A stretch of 64,000 nucleotides of DNA from an uncultured cyanobacterium (lineage in GTDB: Bacteria > Cyanobacteriota > Cyanobacteriia > Cyanobacteriales > CAWCAG01), in NCBI GenBank assembly GCA_963803805.1, contig CAWDOD010000009.1:64001-128000 (forward strand). The letters run 5' to 3'. Shown here piece by piece: positions 11,001 through 19,239 of the stretch. A model generated the notes under the pieces. It had not been told where the DNA came from. It searched no databases and worked only from the letters and a program-made list of their open reading frames with translations. The position numbers were made by a program, and so were the translations under genes. Each line of letters starts with the position of its first letter. Position 1 is the stretch's first letter.

Positions 11001-14000
11001 AGTTAGGAGGTTGGTTGCGTTGTTTTCTTGAATAGAGACGTTGTTACCCACAAAAGCAAGATTACCAAAGCGATTTCCTGAATCTTCTAGACTAATGTTG
11101 CCTGTATCTGCTTTGAAGGTAGCAGTACCAGCAACGTCTAAGGAACCACTTTGAATAATACCGGGAGTTCCTTCAACAGTAACAGCATCTCCTATGGCTG
11201 TATTAAAGCGTAGTGTACCGCCAAAGGAGTTGGCTTGGTTTAGGGTGATAGCTGGTGCAGCTAAGACTTCGTTAAATTGTAGAACAGCTTTGGGTAAGCT
11301 ATTGACGGTTAGATTGCCAGCAATAGTTTGTGATTCAAGGTTAACAGTTCCTACCTGAGTGATGATTTTGTCACCATTAGGGAGGATGGTAACGGGAGTT
11401 GGTGTACCGATGGTGTTGACGAGGGGATTACTACCACCACCGTTAACAGAAATGTTGCCTGCTAATTGTAATATTTCTCCTGGTGCTTGAGAAACTGCAC
11501 CATTAGAGTTGAGGCTGAAATTGCCACCAATGATTGAATTGCCTATGTTTGTAGCTTGAGTATTGGTGACGGAAACACTACCTACACCAGTTAAGGTACT
11601 GGTAAAACTTGCATCCCCTTTGATGTCAAGTATACCGTTGCCGATAATTGCACCACTGGAGTTGACAGTTAGATTGTTGGCAAGAATGTTGTTTAAGGTG
11701 ACATCACCACTAGAGTTGTTAGTTAAGCCTGCACCGTTATCTAAGTTGATATTAATATTACCTGTTCCAGTATCAATAGTAGTTCCTGGCAACATAGTAA
11801 TAGTTGCTATACCGGGGTCTCGTTCATTGTTTACTACACCATTGTTGAGGACATCGTTGGCAATGAGAGTAAGGTTGCCATTATCTGTAGTGATGTCTTG
11901 GTTGATGAAGATACTGCGTCCTGCTTGTAGAGTTAGTGAACCGCCATCGCCTAGGGAATTGTTGCTAGTAATTGCTTGGTTGACAGTAATGTCATTGTTG
12001 GCTTGGAGAATGACGGATGTGCCTGTATCAGTAACACTGGTGATGATTTTAGGGGTAAGGGTTATGCTGCGGTCTGGGAAATAGTTGTAGGTTAGGGTGT
12101 TAGGATTGGCGATGCCTATGTCTACTCTTCCTGAATTATTGTTAACTTCTGGGCTTGCTATTAGGTAATTACCATTGGGTAGGGATGATATGCCGTTTGA
12201 GCTAAAAATGCCATAAAAATTTGAGCCAAGCGAGTCACCAGGATTAGCTCCAGAAATACGGCTGATTTCTGTACCAGTAGTACCATCAGCCAGAATTACT
12301 GTTCCTGCATTTCCTATACCCCCAATATCAGCTCCAGCGTTAGCAAAAACGTAATTGCCATGAGGTAGAACTACTATTTGGTTGGAGCCAAATAAATCAT
12401 CTGGATTGATCCCGGAAATACGGCTGATTTCTGTGCCAGTAGTACCATCAGCTAGAATTACTGTTCCGGCATTTCTTGTACCGATATCAGCGTGCCTGTT
12501 GCCAATAATATAATTGCCATTGGGTAGGACTACTATTTGGTTGGAGCCATGCGAATCGCTAGGATTAGCCACAGAAATACGGCTGATTTCTGTGCCAGTA
12601 GTACCATCAGCTAGAATTACTGTTCCAGCATTTCTTGTACCGATATCAGCTAGCCTGTTACCAAAAACATAATTGCCATTGGGTAGGGCTAATATGTCAT
12701 CTGAGCCAAACTTGTCATCTGGATTGATCCCGGAAATACGGCTGATTTCTGTACCAGTAGTACCATCAGCTAGAATTACTGTTCCGGCATATTCTCTACC
12801 CCCAATATCAGCTAGCCTGTTACCAAAAACATAATTGCCATTGGGTAAGGCTAATATGTCATCTGAGCCAAACATATCAGAAGGGTTGGTCCCAGAAATA
12901 CGGCTGATTTCTGTGCCAGTAGTACCATCAGCTAGAATTACTGTTCCGGCATTTCTTATACCCCTTATACTAGCTATAGCATTACCAAAAACATAATTGC
13001 CGTTGGGTAGGGCTAATATGTCATTTGAGCCAAACGAGTCACCAGGATTAACCCCAGAAATACGGCTGATTTCTGTGCCAGTAGTACCATCAGCTAAAAT
13101 TACTGTTCCGGCATCTTCTCTGCCCTCAATATCAGTTAGCCTGTTACCAAAAACATAATTGCTATTGGGTAGGGCAAATATGTCATCTGAGCCAAACGAG
13201 TCACCAGGATTAACCCCAGAAATACGGCTGATTTCTGTGCCAGTAGTACCATCAGCTAAAATTACTGTTCCGGCATTTCTTATACCCTCGATATCAGCTA
13301 GCCTGTTACCAAAAACATAATTGCTATTGGGTAGAGTTAATATTTGTCCTAAGCCAAACCTGTCATCAAGATTTGGCCCAGAAATACGGTTTATCTCTGT
13401 GCCAGTAGTACCATCAACAAGAATCACTGTTCCAGCATTTCCTATACTCTCGATATCAGCTAGTATGCTATCAAAAACATAATTGCCATTGGGTAGGACT
13501 ACTATTTGGTGGAAGCCAAACGAGTCACCAGGATTGACCCCAGAAATACGGTTTATCTCTGTGCCAGTAGTACCATCAACAAGAATCACTGTTCCGGCAT
13601 CTTCTCTACCGCCGATATTAGCTCCCCCGTTACCAAAAACATAATTGCTATTGGGTAGGGCTAATATGTCATCTGAGCCAAACCTGTCATCAGGATTCGC
13701 TCCAGAAATACTACCTAAAATCGCACTTGTATGCGGCTCAAAAAGATACACACTTCCTGCATCTGTCGCTGTCAAATCATCAAATGGTGAACTAATGACA
13801 ATATTCCCATTCTTCAAAACAGTAGTATTTTCGCCAAACCCATTCCCAGGGGCAGGATTAGGATCATACAACTGAAAAGAATTACCTTGAACAACAGTAT
13901 CAATAACAATATTCTTCGGATCTAACAACAACTGCCCCGCCACCCCATCAACAGCCCCAGCATCCGCACTCCCAGCAAAAACCAACTCCTCCTTCCCCGA

Positions 14001-15554
14001 AACCTCAATAAATCCTCCATCACCACCTAACTTTCCACCCCGCGCCGTCACACTGCCATAAAACTCTGTCTCCTCATCCGCCCAAACAATTACTTTTCCC
14101 CCATCTCCAGCCACCCTAGCATCCGCCTGTAAACTACTACTATGATTAACAATCACCTTCTGGGCATTCTCCACCCCCTCACTCTGCCCCTGAAAATCTC
14201 CCCCTACCAAAATCTCTCCCCCACCACTATCACCACGAACATCCACACCAGCAGCCAAAAGTTGCACCGTCTCCCCAAACAAATGCACCTTTCCACCTTC
14301 TTCTCCCGCCGCCGCCAACTGCCCAGAAGTAGTCAAAACCCTACCTCCTTGCAATCTAATTACTCCCCCCACCTCACTGCCACTAGCATCAGTCACCGCG
14401 CTAGCAGTCTGAATTACCGTCCCTGTATAATCAACCGCAATTGTCCCACCATCACCAGCACTGCCTACTGCATTCAACTCTCCAGTATCCAAAAAATTAT
14501 TAGTTTCAATAGCAATCTTGCCCCCAGTTTCCCCATTAACAAAAACTTCTCCCCGATTCTCCAAATAACGACTACTAAGGTTAACTTCTCCCCCTTTAAC
14601 ACCAGAAGCATCAATTACCCCCGCAACCTTAACCCTATCTCCAGAAACATTAACCGTCCCTCCCACCTCAGCAGCAACATCCACCTCACCATTAATCACA
14701 ACAGTTTCCGGATTAACATAAACTGAATCTAACCCAGCCCCTACCAACAACTCAGCCACCGACAAAGCAGCCTTCCCATCAACACTTCCCCTCAACTCCT
14801 GCCAACCCAAAACCTCACCTCCACTCCCCAACTCAACCAAACTACTGCCAGGTAGCGCCACCAAACTTACTTCCCCACCAGAGGCAACCAACTCCCCATC
14901 ATTAACCACCGTACCCCCCAACAAACTCAAACTCTGCCCCGCCTCAACCACCAAATTTCCAGCATTAACAATTGCTCCACTACTCCCCTCAAACTGCAAA
15001 CCAATAGGAGCAACTACATTCACTGTCAACAACGGCGCAGCCTCCGGATTAGTAGCACTAAAAACCTCTCCCCCAGGAAAAACAAAACTATCCCCTGTAC
15101 TAGCCACAAAAGCCCCCCGCAGATCCAAACTGGCATTAGGGCCAAAAACAATACCGTTAGGATTGAGGAAAAACAAATTAGCCTCCCCCAAAACCCCCAA
15201 CTTGCCAAACAAATGAGAAGGATTACTCCCTGTCACCCGACTAAAAATATTCTCCACCGCCACCGGATTAGCAAAATAAGCAGCAGAATCCTCAGCAATA
15301 TTAAACTCAGCAAAACTATGAAAGAGATTATCCCCCCGCAACGCCCCACCATCAAGACGTTGAACCTGAGAATTGATAGGAGTAACTACAGAACTTTCCC
15401 CACCAAGGGTACTATCAGGAATAATCTGTGCAGAAACACCGCCAGGAACAGTAAAAATAGCACCAGTAAAACCAAAAGCTAGCCAGAGTAGTTGAGATGC
15501 ACGTTTCATGATCATCGAAGGGAACAGGAGACTACATAAATTACTCTGGTTCAA
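8076..15554 (-). CDS. Filamentous haemagglutinin-family (TpsA-like) exoprotein, 2492 aa
   Basis: AQIIPDSTLG...NLFHSFAEFNI...FFLNPNGIVFGPNASLD secretion domain; beta-helix repeats; C-terminal SDITANAFEGRGGNINITTQAIFG...SDITASS motif. Confidence 0.93.
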   Translation of the reverse strand: MNQSNLCSLLFPSMIMKRASQLLWLAFGFTGAIFTVPGGVSAQIIPDSTLGGESSVVTPINSQVQRLDGGALRGDNLFHSFAEFNIAEDSAAYFANPVAVENIFSRVTGSNPSHLFGKLGVLGEANLFFLNPNGIVFGPNASLDLRGAFVASTGDSFVFPGGEVFSATNPEAAPLLTVNVVAPIGLQFEGSSGAIVNAGNLVVEAGQSLSLLGGTVVNDGELVASGGEVSLVALPGSSLVELGSGGEVLGWQELRGSVDGKAALSVAELLVGAGLDSVYVNPETVVINGEVDVAAEVGGTVNVSGDRVKVAGVIDASGVKGGEVNLSSRYLENRGEVFVNGETGGKIAIETNNFLDTGELNAVGSAGDGGTIAVDYTGTVIQTASAVTDASGSEVGGVIRLQGGRVLTTSGQLAAAGEEGGKVHLFGETVQLLAAGVDVRGDSGGGEILVGGDFQGQSEGVENAQKVIVNHSSSLQADARVAGDGGKVIVWADEETEFYGSVTARGGKLGGDGGFIEVSGKEELVFAGSADAGAVDGVAGQLLLDPKNIVIDTVVQGNSFQLYDPNPAPGNGFGENTTVLKNGNIVISSPFDDLTATDAGSVYLFEPHTSAILGSISGANPDDRFGSDDILALPNSNYVFGNGGANIGGREDAGTVILVDGTTGTEINRISGVNPGDSFGFHQIVVLPNGNYVFDSILADIESIGNAGTVILVDGTTGTEINRISGPNLDDRFGLGQILTLPNSNYVFGNRLADIEGIRNAGTVILADGTTGTEISRISGVNPGDSFGSDDIFALPNSNYVFGNRLTDIEGREDAGTVILADGTTGTEISRISGVNPGDSFGSNDILALPNGNYVFGNAIASIRGIRNAGTVILADGTTGTEISRISGTNPSDMFGSDDILALPNGNYVFGNRLADIGGREYAGTVILADGTTGTEISRISGINPDDKFGSDDILALPNGNYVFGNRLADIGTRNAGTVILADGTTGTEISRISVANPSDSHGSNQIVVLPNGNYIIGNRHADIGTRNAGTVILADGTTGTEISRISGINPDDLFGSNQIVVLPHGNYVFANAGADIGGIGNAGTVILADGTTGTEISRISGANPGDSLGSNFYGIFSSNGISSLPNGNYLIASPEVNNNSGRVDIGIANPNTLTYNYFPDRSITLTPKIITSVTDTGTSVILQANNDITVNQAITSNNSLGDGGSLTLQAGRSIFINQDITTDNGNLTLIANDVLNNGVVNNERDPGIATITMLPGTTIDTGTGNININLDNGAGLTNNSSGDVTLNNILANNLTVNSSGAIIGNGILDIKGDASFTSTLTGVGSVSVTNTQATNIGNSIIGGNFSLNSNGAVSQAPGEILQLAGNISVNGGGSNPLVNTIGTPTPVTILPNGDKIITQVGTVNLESQTIAGNLTVNSLPKAVLQFNEVLAAPAITLNQANSFGGTLRFNTAIGDAVTVEGTPGIIQSGSLDVAGTATFKADTGNISLEDSGNRFGNLAFVGNNVSIQENNATNLLTSAATGNLELTSGGAITQTGALSIAGDASFTTTLAQAGNVTINNSNSTTIGQSLVGGNLTITSGGSVSQVPGEFILAPSFNISDPNFVLNNPQLTPNGNGSLVARIELGNGDVIITQVGTVNLEGETISGNLTVNSLKEALKFAGIYDNAAAITLDESANSFGGTLRLETDANTIVVASGTPGITQSNSLQVNGTATFNAEDGDITLNDSSNQFGKLAFQGANVSIQENDTTNLLNSIATENLLLTANGAITQSGGLKVTGESNFVTLSPDADISLNANNQLNGIISFATNGKGDVSLANFLVPTQIAETNLLGDLTINSGGEISQTGTWNVAGNTTLNSGNSDITLQDNNDFSTLAINRGQNVAIEDINGINLGDSSVSGNLVINAQGNITTENISTSGGNITLTTKGEITVANSEISSSTFGLGKPGDIRIEANSLSLRDNALISAATFSEGEGGKIKIDVTDVVEILDGSGVESNTFSRGDAGEVTIKARNLRIDSSNFGSTGETGISSLTAIGSSGEGGNILIDVSESVEIIGNQPGSFTPDITQPGSVFAVASIPTGISTGTLGFGNSGKLTINTGRLTIKNGAGVTTGTVSPQGNGGELNINANEVELQGLAGIVAATTGGGDSGNLFVDADSVTLKDGAVISTDTAVSGSGNAGKLDIITNQLHIINGSRLGSATANSGTGGNINIQATDLIEVRGTSADEQVRSGIVANSINAGDTGNIAIIANRINLLNGGEINVSSTGTAAKAGDLTITANTLFLDNQGQLIAETKSGDGGNITLRDSNLLLMRRNSLISTTAGTAQQGGNGGNININADFIVALPSENSDITANAFEGRGGNINITTQAIFGLKFRDELTPLSDITASSELGVDGTVNINTPGIDPSRGLSTLPNDAVAPDVNDSCEAIEEDEAVAFFDIGKGGTLTNPDEPVNAESWRWLALAEESASTEESFPPQVAAEMAELIASCDRYSK
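10210..11618 (-). repeat. Two diverged ~230-aa (690 bp) tandem modules inside the haemagglutinin
   Basis: GDASFT...IITQVGTVNLE..TI.GNLTVNSL...ANSFGGTLR...GTPGI.QS.SL.V.GTATF...NVSIQEN..TNLL occurs twice. Confidence 0.8.
12176..13812 (-). repeat. Intragenic tandem array of ~162-bp (53-54 aa) repeats: nine near-identical units plus a degenerate first and partial last unit (DUF5650-like)
   Basis: LPNGNYVFGN..ADI...AGTVILADGTTGTEISRISG.NP.D.FGS repeated; DNA motif GTGCCAGTAGTACCATCAGC recurs at ~160-bp spacing. Confidence 0.9.
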
Positions 15555-15638
15555 TGCCCTCCTTTTTATGCAGCTATCCCCGGATTTGCTATATATTTTA
15601 ATATTTGTTAATAATTTGCAATAGCTAAATCACTTCTC

Positions 15639-17093
15639 CTAAGCAACAAAAGACTGCAAAATATCAGTTTCTCCAATAGAAATTCTCACCTCAAAAACTG
15701 CCCCAACCGGAGGGTAAAAACGTAACTGTAAAGATTGATCTCCTTTACCTTCATTATCCTGTCTTGCCGTTACTTCCCTATACACCTCTCCCGAAATCAC
15801 TAAAGCAAGTTTAACTCCTGGGGGCAACTTCGCTTTTTTCCCTACACTCTTCAACTCCAACCATACACCAACCTTACTATCCTCGCGGGGCATCAATGCC
15901 ACCACCAAGGCAATATGTTTCCCCTCTAGCTGCCAAGCCAAATCAATCAACCTCCCCTTTCTAATCCCTCCTTGGGGGTGTTGGGGGGCAACCTTACCCA
16001 AACTAAGGGCTGCTTGCCAACGGGTTTCTTCTTCCTTGCTAGTAGAGAGTAAATCTTCTAAAGCCTGCACAACTTCAGGATTACCGATACCAAGTTCCCC
16101 TAAAACTCCCGCAGCTTGACGACGAACATTTTCAGTGCGATCGTTCCTCAACAACTCCATTATCGACTTTAACTCCTGGGGATTATTACCAGGTTGAGAA
16201 GCCGTTACACCTCTAACTGACACTGTTTCTGGAGGGATTAATAAATCTTCAACTCCATGCCAACCTTCTTCAATTACCTCCGTTACCCTTTGCAACCAGC
16301 TACGCAAATTAATAGCTGTAACTGTCTTGCTTCCTCGTCTTCGGTACAATTCCAATTCCTGCCGCCATTTCTCGTTGCTAATCAAAGCTGCCCACTGTTG
16401 AAAATCTATTGCTAATCTAGGGTTATGTAAATTGCGATCGCTTAACTTCCTTAGCAAATCTTCAGCCTGTTGATTAGATAACTTGGAAATTGGTTGAGAC
16501 AGAGTTACTTGATTAGGAGTAGGTTGTAATTCTGTGAGTAAATTAGTCAAGCCCTCAGTTAAATATTTGGCTGGTAAATTGTAAGTGCGATCGCCTTGAT
16601 TATATTTACCCTGACTTTTTATTTTCCCATAACTTGCCCCTCCCCACAAACGTAACCAAGATTGTTCAGGGTTAACTTGTACAGCTAAATAATGATCTGC
16701 TTGCCAATCCAGAATATCTACCCATTCTTGAGGAATAACCAACTCATCAGTTTCACTCATGTCTCCAGGTAACAAAACTAGCCTTACCCGTTCTAAATTA
16801 ATAGCACTACCATTAACTACCTCCCACATACTAGCTAAAGATTGTTCTTGAAAAATATCTAGCTTAACTAAAATGTTTTCATGATCATTTTCGAGTAATA
16901 AATCTTCCTCTAACCAACCTTGAAGCCAAGGGATAAATGTATGCAGACATAGATAATTTAAATAAGCATTACAACGAGCTGTCGTATTAGAATGTTGCCG
17001 TGATACTTGCCAAGCTTCCTTGTGAATTTGGGGAGATATTTCCAACCACAATTGCTGAGAAAAGACTGTTGCTAGTTTTTCAATATCAAACAT
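15639..17093 (-). CDS. DUF1822 family protein with inserted HEAT-like repeats
   Basis: NAYLNYLCL...WEVVNGSAI...ELVIPQEWVDI.DW.ADHYLAVQV...WLRLWG; VRRQAAGVLGELG and TRWQAALSLG HEAT repeats; C-terminal LPPGVKL...LQLRF. Confidence 0.88.
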   Translation of the reverse strand: MFDIEKLATVFSQQLWLEISPQIHKEAWQVSRQHSNTTARCNAYLNYLCLHTFIPWLQGWLEEDLLLENDHENILVKLDIFQEQSLASMWEVVNGSAINLERVRLVLLPGDMSETDELVIPQEWVDILDWQADHYLAVQVNPEQSWLRLWGGASYGKIKSQGKYNQGDRTYNLPAKYLTEGLTNLLTELQPTPNQVTLSQPISKLSNQQAEDLLRKLSDRNLHNPRLAIDFQQWAALISNEKWRQELELYRRRGSKTVTAINLRSWLQRVTEVIEEGWHGVEDLLIPPETVSVRGVTASQPGNNPQELKSIMELLRNDRTENVRRQAAGVLGELGIGNPEVVQALEDLLSTSKEEETRWQAALSLGKVAPQHPQGGIRKGRLIDLAWQLEGKHIALVVALMPREDSKVGVWLELKSVGKKAKLPPGVKLALVISGEVYREVTARQDNEGKGDQSLQLRFYPPVGAVFEVRISIGETDILQSFVA

Positions 17094-17135
17094 AGTTATA
17101 GTTCCTAAAAATAATCATTTAATTACTACTACAAA

Positions 17136-18893
17136 TTAGTCAATTAAATTAGAAGAGTAAACCAAATTACTTAACCACTCTTCAATCACTCTAGCTAAGT
17201 GCTTTTCTTCCTTACTATCAAAATCAATACTGAACTGAGACTTAATCCATTGATGCAGTTGAGTCTGTAAATATTGTCTAGCATGAGCGATAGTACTAGA
17301 AATGTTTAGATGAGAATAATTACTTTGTATTTGCTCTTGCTGCTGTTGCTGACAGTAATACAGCTTGATAATCTCTCTACTCTCTTGATCTACCGTTTGT
17401 AAAAAATTTAGCAAAACCAAATCAATAACTCTTCTATAGTGAGAACTTAACCAGAAGTGAACCATTCCTTGCTTAGATTTTTGCATTTCAGTAAATAACG
17501 AATTTGCCAATTCTTTTTTTAAATCGTGAATTTTTTCCTCAATATATTCTTTTGTTTTATTTAGTTGCTCAACAATTTGTTCGATACTTATTTTTTGAAT
17601 AAATTTTAATTTGACTATTATTTTTAACTCAGCATCAAATTCTTGTAGGACATCACTTAAAACTTCTTTTACAAAGCTATTGTCACTCTCATTACTAATG
17701 CCTGAATCAAGAAAATCATTCACACAATTTTCAACCCAAGTTTCTTCTGTGATTGCTAATTGTCTGTTAATTAAAAATTCAAGTTTCCTAAGTAAAGTCT
17801 GTCTATAATGGGCATCTATGTATCGTGAAACAGTACCTTGATGAACCCCAACTTTAGCTGCGAATTGTGACTGTCTAAGTAAATAAAAAGAATGGTTGTA
17901 ACATAGTAGCATTAGTCCCTTGCGAAATTGCTTTGGTATGCGACTACGAAAATTTTCCTCTTTCTTCTCTACATTACTAAGTTCCTCTCTAAAAGCTTGT
18001 TCTACTTGTTGAGCAAAACTAGAGTGTTCTTCTTGATTCTCTAATCTTTGCCAAGGACTACCTGAAAACTCATTTCCCCTAGCATACTTTTCATAGTCAT
18101 TGGCATCACGAGAAACTTCTAAAATATTTTGATAGTCGTATAATGCTGCGATAGTTTGGTTTAACAATACTTCTAACTCTTTGGTTGTCAAGTCTAAATC
18201 ATAAGACAAACTAGGGGGAACATCAGGTTGAAATCGTCTACTATTATAATCCTTCGTTGCTGCGGTAAAATCTGCCTGTTCTGGACTGGGCGAACTATCG
18301 TTAGAATTTCTATAGGGATTGTAAATATGATTTTCCTTGTAAACTCTAATAAAACATTCCCACGCCAGTACATAGCGAGAAATTGCCCTAGGAGACAGTC
18401 CTGATCTAGCTAGAGCTTGTTTGATATCTTTTCGAGAACTATGACCTAATAAATGCCAAGAGGATTGCAGTTTTAACCTTTCCTTGATACGACGCTCTAC
18501 TACACTAGCAAAATAACCTCTGAAACTAGACTGGCTAATATGTTGAGGATTGTATCTGTTGAGGATTGTTTTCAAACCATTTCTATCAGTTAAAAGATCC
18601 GTAATTACTTCTGAGTAAGAATCCTCTCCTTCTTCATAGTTGTATAACTTCAAAGATAACTTTTTAATAACTTGCTTTATAACTGGATATAGGTGAACAA
18701 TAAACCACAGATAAGCAGTTTTTTTAAGGCTATTCGCTTGATAATCATCGTTAATAATGTGCAGAAAATGTCTAAAGTAATCATTTTCTGTCCAGTTAGG
18801 ATGTTGTTTGGCTAGTCTATCTAAGCACCTAGCTAATTTAGGGTCATAAAACTGGTTCCAATACATTACTCTTTTCGCTTGAGGTAGACGCAA
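17136..18893 (-). CDS. Sigma-70-like / multi-HTH regulator of the type found beside DUF1822 genes
   Basis: LNRYNPQH..SSFRGYFA (region-2-like), SSWHLL..SS, YVLAWECF..VY, QSQFAAKVGVHQGTVSRY HTH and two further region-4-like segments; start codon uncertain. Confidence 0.7.
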   Translation of the reverse strand: MRLPQAKRVMYWNQFYDPKLARCLDRLAKQHPNWTENDYFRHFLHIINDDYQANSLKKTAYLWFIVHLYPVIKQVIKKLSLKLYNYEEGEDSYSEVITDLLTDRNGLKTILNRYNPQHISQSSFRGYFASVVERRIKERLKLQSSWHLLGHSSRKDIKQALARSGLSPRAISRYVLAWECFIRVYKENHIYNPYRNSNDSSPSPEQADFTAATKDYNSRRFQPDVPPSLSYDLDLTTKELEVLLNQTIAALYDYQNILEVSRDANDYEKYARGNEFSGSPWQRLENQEEHSSFAQQVEQAFREELSNVEKKEENFRSRIPKQFRKGLMLLCYNHSFYLLRQSQFAAKVGVHQGTVSRYIDAHYRQTLLRKLEFLINRQLAITEETWVENCVNDFLDSGISNESDNSFVKEVLSDVLQEFDAELKIIVKLKFIQKISIEQIVEQLNKTKEYIEEKIHDLKKELANSLFTEMQKSKQGMVHFWLSSHYRRVIDLVLLNFLQTVDQESREIIKLYYCQQQQQEQIQSNYSHLNISSTIAHARQYLQTQLHQWIKSQFSIDFDSKEEKHLARVIEEWLSNLVYSSNLID

Positions 18894-19037
18894 TAAGGGT
18901 TGGCCGTTAGATATTTGTAATTCTGTTGCATAGAACTTTTGCCCCAGGATAATCCCTAGGGTGGCTTGCTCTAATTATTCCTTATGGTCGAAGGATAGGT
19001 TTTATGCACTTACACTTCAAGAGAACAAAGAGGATAT

Positions 19038-19112
19038 TTGACATCCTCCCCGACCTATTCGCGTAGCGTTGCCGCAGGCTAACCGCGAGGTCTTAAACCT
19101 TTTTTTATTTTG
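19038..19112. mobile_element. Relic IS200/IS605-type end sequences with an embedded short dispersed repeat
   Basis: TTGACATCCTCCCCGACC...TTCGCGTAGCGTTGCCGCAGG...CGCGAGGTCTTAAACC resembles collapsed cyanobacterial IS605 ends; GC-rich patch in an AT-rich spacer. Confidence 0.45.
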
Positions 19113-19239
19113 ATAAACTTTTGTAACTTAAAACCCTATATCTGCATAAAAATTCATCGTTGCTACCAAGGAAGAAATAAGAACACTTGTTCAGGAAGCA
19201 AGCTTCTTTATGTAAAATCATACTTTTTAGTAAACCGCT

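Noticed and set aside
12176-13812. Possible CRISPR array or DGR template/variable repeats
   Set aside because: Repeats are in-frame 159-162-bp coding units without unique spacers; no cas or reverse transcriptase gene in the window
8152-15482. Numerous + strand ORFs (183, 92, 129, 176, 173, 194 aa etc.)
   Set aside because: Antisense shadows of the Gly/Asn-rich, skewed haemagglutinin gene; no recognisable motifs
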